This document shows, piece by piece, positions 22,489 through 29,845 of a stretch of 32,000 nt of DNA. Source of the stretch: Candidatus Saccharimonadota bacterium (GTDB lineage Bacteria; Patescibacteriota; Gracilibacteria; Absconditabacterales; Absconditicoccaceae); assembly GCA_000503875.1 (NCBI GenBank), contig CP006913.1, positions 930,001 to 962,000 on the forward strand. Reading direction: 5' to 3'. Within the stretch, counting starts at the first letter, position 1; each line of letters starts with the position of its first letter. A program made the translations under genes and the position numbers. Under the pieces are notes generated by a model. It had not been told where the DNA came from, did no database searches, and saw nothing but the letters and a program-made list of their open reading frames with translations.

Positions 22489-22489
22489 C

Positions 22490-23968
22490 ATGCAACAACA
22501 AATATATCTTGATAATATCATCACAAAAGAAGTCAGCACCAGAGGTAAATTCAAGAAGATTTACGAAAATGATGCCAGCCATTTTGTGTTGGGAACTTTC
22601 AAAGCTAATGTCTTTAATATCAAAACCTATCTCAGTAACCACAAAAACAAAGATGAGTATTTGTATTTGAATGTGAACCTCCTTTCTTTGATGGCAAATA
22701 CTACTGCTGATTATATCATTGGTGATGGAATAGAAATCGATATTGATAACGAACAAGCCAAAGCAAAACGAGATGAGATAAGTGAAGCCAACGGATTTGA
22801 TGAGTTGCTTTACAACATCGCTTTGAATACTTGAATCTATGGCTATGCAGTTTTAAGATCAAGAAAAGATGACAAGGACAATATTGTAATTGAAGAGATA
22901 CCTTACGATTATTACTTTCCACAAATTGAATGATTATTCTTGGGAGAAGACCCCAACAAAATCTATCTCATCAGCAAGATCAACGAAACTTTATGAAGTT
23001 CTATCCAACAAAAAGCAAAAATACAATCCTACACCAAACAAGAAAACTGAAACTGGTTGATTGAATATGGTTTGTATTCAGTCGCTCTTGATGGTACTCA
23101 GTACAGTTTAGAAAAAGAACTCGCACCTGCTGAGACATTAGACTTCTTGAACATCTATCGTTTTGATAACAGGAAGGTCAGTTGAAAGTATCTAGGCAAC
23201 AATGACTACACAGATATTCTTGATCTTCTAGAGGAAGTGAACGACAGGTTTACCCAAATATCACTCCAGTTTATCAAACATCTCAATAGTAAAATTTCAC
23301 TTCCTGAATGAGTATCTGCACTCCTTCAAAACAAAGATAAATCAATCCACAACTTAGAAGTCTTTGTGCATAGACAAGGAGAGCAACCAGCTCAGTATAT
23401 CGAAAACCATAATTCATTGATCCCTGAAGCACAAACCTACATCGATAAGATACTCAAACTTATCGGAGCGATAACTCAAATCCCTATCTCTTTCTTTGGG
23501 TTTGAAGAATCCTGAGGAGCCGAGAAGGTAGAAGCACTCAGGATCAGGCTCACAAGATTTCTCAAGAAGATACAAAGAAAGCAAAGAATGATGGAACTGA
23601 CTTTGAAAAAGCTGATCAAAGAAACTCTAGCTTTTGCAGGAGTTCAAGGAGAGTTTTCAATTGATGTTAAATTCTCAGATGCGATGTTGAAAGACCTGCA
23701 ACAAAACACTCAGATGTATATTGATTTGTATAATAACAAACTTGTATCTCAAGAAACAGCAATCGCCAATATCTTTTCTTGGGAAAAAGACATGGTACAA
23801 AAAGAACTCGCTATCATCAAAACAGAACAAGAAGAGCAACAAAAAAAGCAGATAGAATTGAATAAATCTTTACCAACTAACAAACCAAATAATGGCAGTA
23901 ATTGATCCAAACAAGACAAACCAGGAACTAAGGGAAGTGCTGATTCTTCTTTTACTAACAAACAATAA
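22490..23968 (+). CDS. portal protein (SPP1 gp6-like by size, position and pattern)
   Basis: ATG 22490, TAA 23966-23968. It joins track ORFs 22490..22834 and 23588..23905. About 492 aa, upstream of scaffold and capsid. The internal stretch was fully translated without TAA/TAG. Confidence 0.8.
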
Positions 23969-24128
23969 GGAGTTCCGATTCAAGAGCCTGAGGCTCCTTG
24001 GATTTATTCTTCTTGTGATCTTCTCAATCTCCTGTGCATTTATCCTTCCATGGAAATTGTTTTTATAGATTGATTTTTTCTTTTTCTAAATAGTATGCTT
24101 CTATTTTATCCTTTTCTTATTTAGTTTT

Positions 24129-24755
24129 ATGCCTGAAGATAAAAACAATCCCAACGGAACAGGTGCCGATACTACCTGAAATCCAGCTCCAGCAAGTGAC
24201 ACCCCACCTGCATGAACTGATCCTGATAAAAAGGGTGATGACAAAGTAAACAATGATGCAGTCCCATCTCGAAGACTTAAAGAAGAAGCTGACAAAAGAA
24301 GAGAAGCTGAAAATAAAGTCAAAGAGTATGAAACCAAGGAAGCCGAAAGAGAAAAGAAGAACCTTGAAAAACAAGGGAAATTCAAAGAGCTTTTGGATAC
24401 GGCAAACCAAGAAATTGAAACTCTCAAAGGTAAAACAAAAACCATTGATGAGTATGACAAAGCGATGGAAACTTTGGTAAGTACAGAACTCGAAGCTATC
24501 AAAACAAGTCTCGGAGAAGAAAAATATAAAAAGATTGAAACACTCCTAGACCTTCCAAACAAGACAGCTTTAGAAAAACTTCAAACTCTCCCAAAGATCA
24601 AAGAACTTGTCAGCGATTTCGTAGAAAAGAAACCTGATCCAAAATGAGGACAAGGTATCCCTCCACACGATACCAGCACCTATGACAAAGCAAAATCACA
24701 AGGTGACTTCAATTGAATGCTTAGTTCGATCATCGAAACAGCAATCAAAAAATAA
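24129..24755 (+). CDS. scaffolding protein
   Basis: ATG 24129, TAA 24753-24755. Low-complexity N-terminus, then a long charged coiled-coil-like stretch (RRLKEEADKRREAENKVKEYETKEAEREKKNLEKQ). Located between portal and capsid. Confidence 0.6.
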
Positions 24756-24781
24756 TCTTTATTTCATAAATTATTTTACTC

Positions 24782-25945
24782 ATGCAACTTTCATTTGATC
24801 TTTCACAAATTACCGAAAGACAGGTCTTAGACCTCTTTACACAGTTTCTTAAAGAACAATCATCTGCTTTGGAGATTTTCTTGAGAAATGGTGCCTGATA
24901 CAATGCAGGTACAAACAATAAATACGAGTGGATGGAAAGCCAACTCACTCCTATGTCCTGGGCAGTTAATGGAACCGTAACTCCTAGCGATTCTCCTGAA
25001 TCAATAACCTTCAATTCAACTGCTGGTATGAGACCAAATATGATCTTAAGATTTGTGTATACAGCCGACAATACTGATATTGAAGACTTACAAATCAAGA
25101 TCGTTTCTGTTGATAGTCCAACCTCTGTAAAAGGTATCGTTTATGGTGGTACCACTCCTATTGATCTTGATGCTACTATGACTGCAAAACTTATGTCAGA
25201 AGCAGTACAAGAAAATGAAAAGAATATCGTTGGAGTTGATGAATGGAAACCAACTATGGAACACAACTTTTTCCAAATCTTCAGAAATGCTGTCGAACTT
25301 TCTGATACAGCATTGAACTCTGCGGTCTATGGAAATGTAAATACTCTCGCTGAACAACTCAAAGGAGCTTTCTACAAAATCAGACAGCAACTTTCTGAAC
25401 AAGCTTTGAGAGGTCGTAAAGTAGCAAGAACTGGTGGAGAAAATGGAACCTTCGGAGGTCTATTCCAATTTACTGATATCGCTGGTGGTAACATTCTCGA
25501 TGCAGGAGGTGGAGATCTAACTTCTACTACTATCAATGATCTTGTGCAGATGATTATTGAAGACGGTGGTGTCGCAAACACTCTCGTTTGTAATATCAAT
25601 CAAGCAAGAAAAATTAGTGGATTCAATGTTTCTGGAAATAATCCTGTGATCGCACAAAACTCTACACAAGCAGGAAGTTATGTCTTGAGATTTATCTCAG
25701 ATATTCCTGTGGCTGGTGGTGTTGTTTCAAATATCCTTCTTGATGAGAAGATGCCAAATAATGCAGTTGATTTGATTGATATCAATAGACTTGCATTGGT
25801 ACCATTTCAAAATAGAGGTTTGAAACTTGTGCCAGGAACCCAACCAGGACAAGACGGTCAGACTGCGATCTTGAGATGAGAATATACCATGGTTGTTAAA
25901 GATGGTAAATACTCACACGGTCGTATCAAGAACCTTAATCCCTAG
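24782..25945 (+). CDS. major capsid protein
   Basis: ATG 24782, TAG 25943-25945. It extends track ORF 24932..25879 at both ends through TGA codons. About 387 aa, following the scaffold gene. The call rests on composition and position. Confidence 0.75.
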
Positions 25946-25972
25946 TTTTTAATTCTTAATTATTAAACAGCA

Positions 25973-26299
25973 ATGTCCAAAAAAGATATTCAAGATACTA
26001 ATCAGGCAGATCAAACAACTCCTGATACAACAGCTACAACTCCTGAAGATACTCAGGAGCCTGTAGTTGAAAAAACAAAAGAGCCAAAAGAGAAAGTTGC
26101 TAAACCTACGGCAACAAAAACGGTGTATTTTAGAAACAAGAACATCTCAAGCCTTGCTTTCAATACGGCGGATAAAAGACTGCATCGTTTTAGAGATGGT
26201 GTCTTTGCTACTGATGAACCTGAGGTGATCGAATCCTTGAAAAAGACACTCGACTACAAACATGGTCACATCAAGGAGTTTACTCCAAAGAAAGACTAA
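25973..26299 (+). CDS. hypothetical head-module protein (T/P/E-rich N-terminus)
   Basis: Intact 108-aa ORF with ATG and TAA and no TGA. It lies directly after the capsid gene. Confidence 0.55.
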   Translation: MSKKDIQDTNQADQTTPDTTATTPEDTQEPVVEKTKEPKEKVAKPTATKTVYFRNKNISSLAFNTADKRLHRFRDGVFATDEPEVIESLKKTLDYKHGHIKEFTPKKD

Positions 26300-26324
26300 T
26301 TTTATCTTTTAGCAATAACCAAAT

Positions 26325-26513
26325 ATGCATGTTGTAATAACCAGAGACTGCCAAGTCAACAACATCTTCTATGGCAAAGGAAACGAAGTCCATGTTGATA
26401 AACATCTCTTCAATCCTGATTGTATGGAAGAGGTCAAGCCTTCGGATGAAGCACCCATAGAACCTGTAGATAATGCAGATTCACCACCCCAAACTTCTAA
26501 GAAAAAGAAATAG
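26325..26513 (+). CDS. hypothetical small protein
   Basis: Intact 62-aa ORF with ATG and TAG, followed by a strong terminator. Confidence 0.45.
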   Translation: MHVVITRDCQVNNIFYGKGNEVHVDKHLFNPDCMEEVKPSDEAPIEPVDNADSPPQTSKKKK

Positions 26514-26519
26514 AAGACT

Positions 26520-26551
26520 AAAAAAGATAGGATACCCTTCCTATCTTTTTT
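26520..26551 (+). terminator. rho-independent terminator after the head module
   Basis: A-run, stem gatagga (26526-26532) / tcctatc (26539-26545), 6-nt loop, T6 at 26546-26551. Confidence 0.75.
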
Positions 26552-26614
26552 AGATTTACTTTCCGTGGTTTTGAGTATAGTTTCATTTGTTTTAGCTTTC
26601 TTTTTGAAACACAA

Positions 26615-27049
26615 ATGAACCACAATATCACTCCTGAGTATGTTAAACAAATCAGCATCGTGAGTAATCTCCTGGTTGAAAATGATGAGATCATAGAAAA
26701 ATATATCACGAGAGCTTTGTCACTCGTTTTATCGTACATCAATGGTCAGATTTTTTTTGATGAATCTAGTCAGACTTATACTTTTCCAGAAGAGCTCATG
26801 CAAGCGATCGTGTATGTTTTAGAAATGATTTATATCGATCAAGGAATGTTTACTGGAAAAAACAGTATCCAATCAGAAAAGATCGGAGATTATTCCTATC
26901 AGAAAAAACAAGATAGCAGATCGTTTCCACTAGATCTCCCTGCCAATATTATGGCGATGCTTGATAAATATAGAACCCTTGCATGAAATCTTGATGTAGA
27001 TATTGGAGGCTATGACAGACTTTATCCTTCAGAAAATACAGATGATTAA
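26615..27049 (+). CDS. head-tail connector (gp6-like adaptor) protein
   Basis: ATG 26615. The track stop 26984-26986 is TGA; the true TAA is 27047-27049. Size, position and an N-terminal pattern (ITPEYVKQ...IEKYITRALSLVLSYING) are typical of phage connector proteins. Confidence 0.55.
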
Positions 27050-27374
27050 AGATTTATATACTCATACGGTAGCAATAGAAACTCCTGAGATGTTAAATAT
27101 TGATGGGATCGAAACCAAGAATTATATCCCAGTAGGAACATTCAAAGGAAGACTATCAAAAGCATGAAGCCAACAAATGGTTGATCTGACGACAGGGAAA
27201 CTCCATAGAGTTCAACCTGAGATTTTCTTTTTGTATATTTCTGATGAGACACCTATTGGAAAAAATGATAGGGTCTATATTGAAGGCAACTTTTACTTAG
27301 TCAACTCTGTGGAGGTTATCTTTGATTGAAGGGTAACTCACCACCTTCGTTGCATAATTGAAAGACGGCAATAA
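27012..27374 (+). CDS. head closure / head-tail joining protein
   Basis: ATG 27012 overlaps the previous gene; TAA 27372-27374. It is 120 aa. The assignment is positional within the conserved connector series. Confidence 0.5.
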
Positions 27375-27856
27375 TGGAAGTAAAAATCAATCAAGAAGTT
27401 TTAGAAAAAGTATTCAGAGCCGAGAGAGATGCTTTGCAAGATACAGCTCAGTATGTTTTGCAATTACTCAAAGAGAAAGTCAAAAAGGAGGCTTTTGATA
27501 CTTGAGAGTTTGAAAAAAGTCTGTTTGTGAAAGTAATTTGAAATTGAAATGTAATCCAAATCTGATCAAGAACAGCACAGGCAGTCATCATGGAATTTTG
27601 AAGAAGACCACTCCAAAAAAGACCGCCTATGGATTCGTTAGTTTGATGGGCAAGCCGTCATGGAATGATAGCAGGTTGAGTAAAAAGCTATGCAAATCTG
27701 AAATCAAAAGACAAGTGAACGGTCTATCTTCTAGCCACTTCAATTGCAAAGAAAGGTATCAAACCAAGGGAGATTTTTAGGAAACTTTACAACGAAACCA
27801 TAGATCAGATTAATGCTTATTTTATCTCAGCTCTCAAAAAAAGACTTTGATCATAA
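27374..27856 (+). CDS. HK97 gp10-like tail-component protein
   Basis: ATG 27374 (TAATG overlap), TAA 27854-27856. It contains 9 TGA codons. IGSRTAQAVIMEFGRRP...PPMDSLVGWASRHG matches the gp10-family pattern. The standard-code track instead shows a spurious alternative-frame ORF at 27538..27780. Confidence 0.65.
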
Positions 27857-27878
27857 TTTACTTCACTAAACAAGACCC

Positions 27879-28328
27879 ATGGTACCAACGCCACCGCCAC
27901 CACCAGTAGTGATAGAACCACCAGTCCCTATCAATCTCAAAAAAGCAATCTACGAATATTTATCATCACTTCCTGAGTTATCAGAAACAATCCAAGGAAG
28001 GGTTTTTAGGAAAAGATCACAATCACAAACTCAGACACCATTTATTGTTTATGATGTGAGTGGCTATGAAAATAAACTTTGAAAGTACCAATGAAAACAT
28101 GGATATCAAGGAAACAAGCTGACGATAGATATTATTTGAAACTATGAAATTGAAGAGCAACTCAGAGAAATTGGAGAACTTTTGGTATCTAAGTTATGAG
28201 GCTTTATTGGGAAGTTAAGACCATGCCGAAAATGAACAATCAATCTGATGTGAGTAGATGAATGATACGATGAAAAAACCGATTATTCCGTATTTAGACT
28301 TATGTTTTTATGCAAACATACCTTTTAG
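27879..28328 (+). CDS. tail completion/terminator-like protein (DUF3168-like), with a proline-rich N-terminus
   Basis: ATG 27879, TAG 28326-28328. It extends track ORF 27879..28082 through TGAs. It begins MVPTPPPPPVVIEPPVP. The assignment is positional. Confidence 0.5.
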
Positions 28329-28402
28329 ATTGATAAATTTTTAATCTGACTATATTCCCATTGCTGGTATTTCATTTCTTTATTTATTTCATTTTTACTC
28401 TC

Positions 28403-29173
28403 ATGACACAAACAACATGAATCATCAATGATCAGAGGTTGCTGGCTGGTGCTGGAGAATTCTACTACTGATCTTCTTTATCATCTCTAGTAAGGCTTGG
28501 TGCTTATAGAGATGCGGTTATTGAATCCAAAAGAGAAAGTTCCGAGCTTGTCTTTGATAACGACAAGATCAACAAATTCAAAAAGGGTTCTGAGTTCTCT
28601 TTCAAATTCAAACTTTGTGAAATCGATCCTGATACTTTAGCAAGTCTCAATGAAGGTTGGATCACAAAAACTTCTATCCCTGGAACACTTGTTTCTGGAG
28701 CAACTCAAGTGATCGCATCAAATACGATCCAGTTTCTATCACTCGTTGAACTCGAACATCAAAACTACGATAATGGAGCGATCAGTATTACTTCAATCGT
28801 TGGTTCTGTAGATGGGACAATCTCTGCTTCAGATTATTTTCAAGTAGTCTGACCTGCTGGTAGAAGAAACATCTACTTCAAATCAGGTGGATCAGTAACA
28901 ACTCTCAATCAAACTTTCACGATTACTTACAATTATACTCCTGCACAAAGTAGAAAATTTACCTTTGCAGACACAGGAATTGCATCTAGATTCTATGCAA
29001 GATTTATTCACGAGAGACCTGATGGTAAACAAATCACTATCGATCTTAAAGATGTCCAAAACTTGACTTGATTAACGATAGACTTTGTTGGTAATAGCGA
29101 GGACGATGTAGCTACCTGTGATATAGAACTCAATGGTAAAGTTACATCTCAAGGATTTGTTTATGAAGTATAG
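28403..29173 (+). CDS. major tail protein
   Basis: ATG 28403, TAG 29171-29173. About 256 aa, immediately upstream of the chaperone pair and tape measure. It is absent from the standard-code track because of 5 in-frame TGA codons. Confidence 0.6.
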
Positions 29174-29217
29174 TGTCAGTGACACACTCGTTTTAATATC
29201 TTCACTATTTTTCGTTG

Positions 29218-29583
29218 ATGTTTGAAATTAATCTAGAATGTTTCTTGTCCAAAGAAATAACAATCAAGCTCTGAAAAGATCTGTTTATTCTCGAACAGCC
29301 AACCGTAAAACAACTGGCTGATATCATCAAGAAGACAGAAAGTATGGGACAAGATGAAGTCAAAAACACGAAGATCATGATTGAGGTTTTACAGTCATTT
29401 TTGAAAAACAAATGATGGTTTGGATATACCAAAGCTAAACTTTGATCTATTCTCAAACATCTCACTCCTGAGAATCTAGTCCTTGTCCGAAATGAGATTT
29501 TTTTTTGATTGGGGCTGACCAAGGAGCCACTTCGTGAACTTGAAAGTGATCTAACCAAACAGCAAGCTTCATCTCCTTGATAG
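29218..29583 (+). CDS. tail assembly chaperone (gpG-like, 0-frame product)
   Basis: ATG 29218, TAG 29581-29583. Located between the major tail and tape measure genes. It contains the slippery U-run. Confidence 0.6.
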
Positions 29584-29774
29584 CCCTGTTTATCAAATAC
29601 TATAACCAGGAACTGGAAGCAGTACTCAATATGACAGCTTGCCAGTTTTTTGGGTTATTGGAAGAGATACAATATTTGGAAGACCCGAAAAAGATAAGGA
29701 AAACCAATCTTCCAAAACAGAAGATCAAGAAATTGGAAAACAAAAAAGACTTTGAAGACTTTTTCTTTGGATAA
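29218..29774 (+). CDS. gpGT-like frameshift fusion chaperone (0-frame 29218-29505, then -1 frame 29505-29774)
   Basis: The -1 frame downstream of the slippery site contains track ORF 29577..29774 and is continuous back to the T-run when TGA = Gly. The architecture matches the conserved G/GT arrangement upstream of tape measure genes. Confidence 0.5.
29499..29505 (+). promoter_or_regulatory. candidate -1 programmed ribosomal frameshift heptamer, U UUU UUU
   Basis: A T9 run at 29498-29506. The 0-frame reads ATT TTT TTT TGA. The -1 frame is open from 29505 to TAA 29772-29774. Confidence 0.55.
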
Positions 29775-29845
29775 AAAATAAACTGATAAAACTCAATTCT
29801 GATTAAAACTGGAGGTAGTAATTTACCTCTTTTTTTTTGATGTTT

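Noticed and set aside
27538-27780. An 80-aa standard-code ORF as a real gene.
   Set aside because: It is an alternative frame of the gp10-like gene. The code-25 frame (27374-27856) gives the recognisable EFGRRP/PPMDSL gp10-type pattern and fits the gene order.
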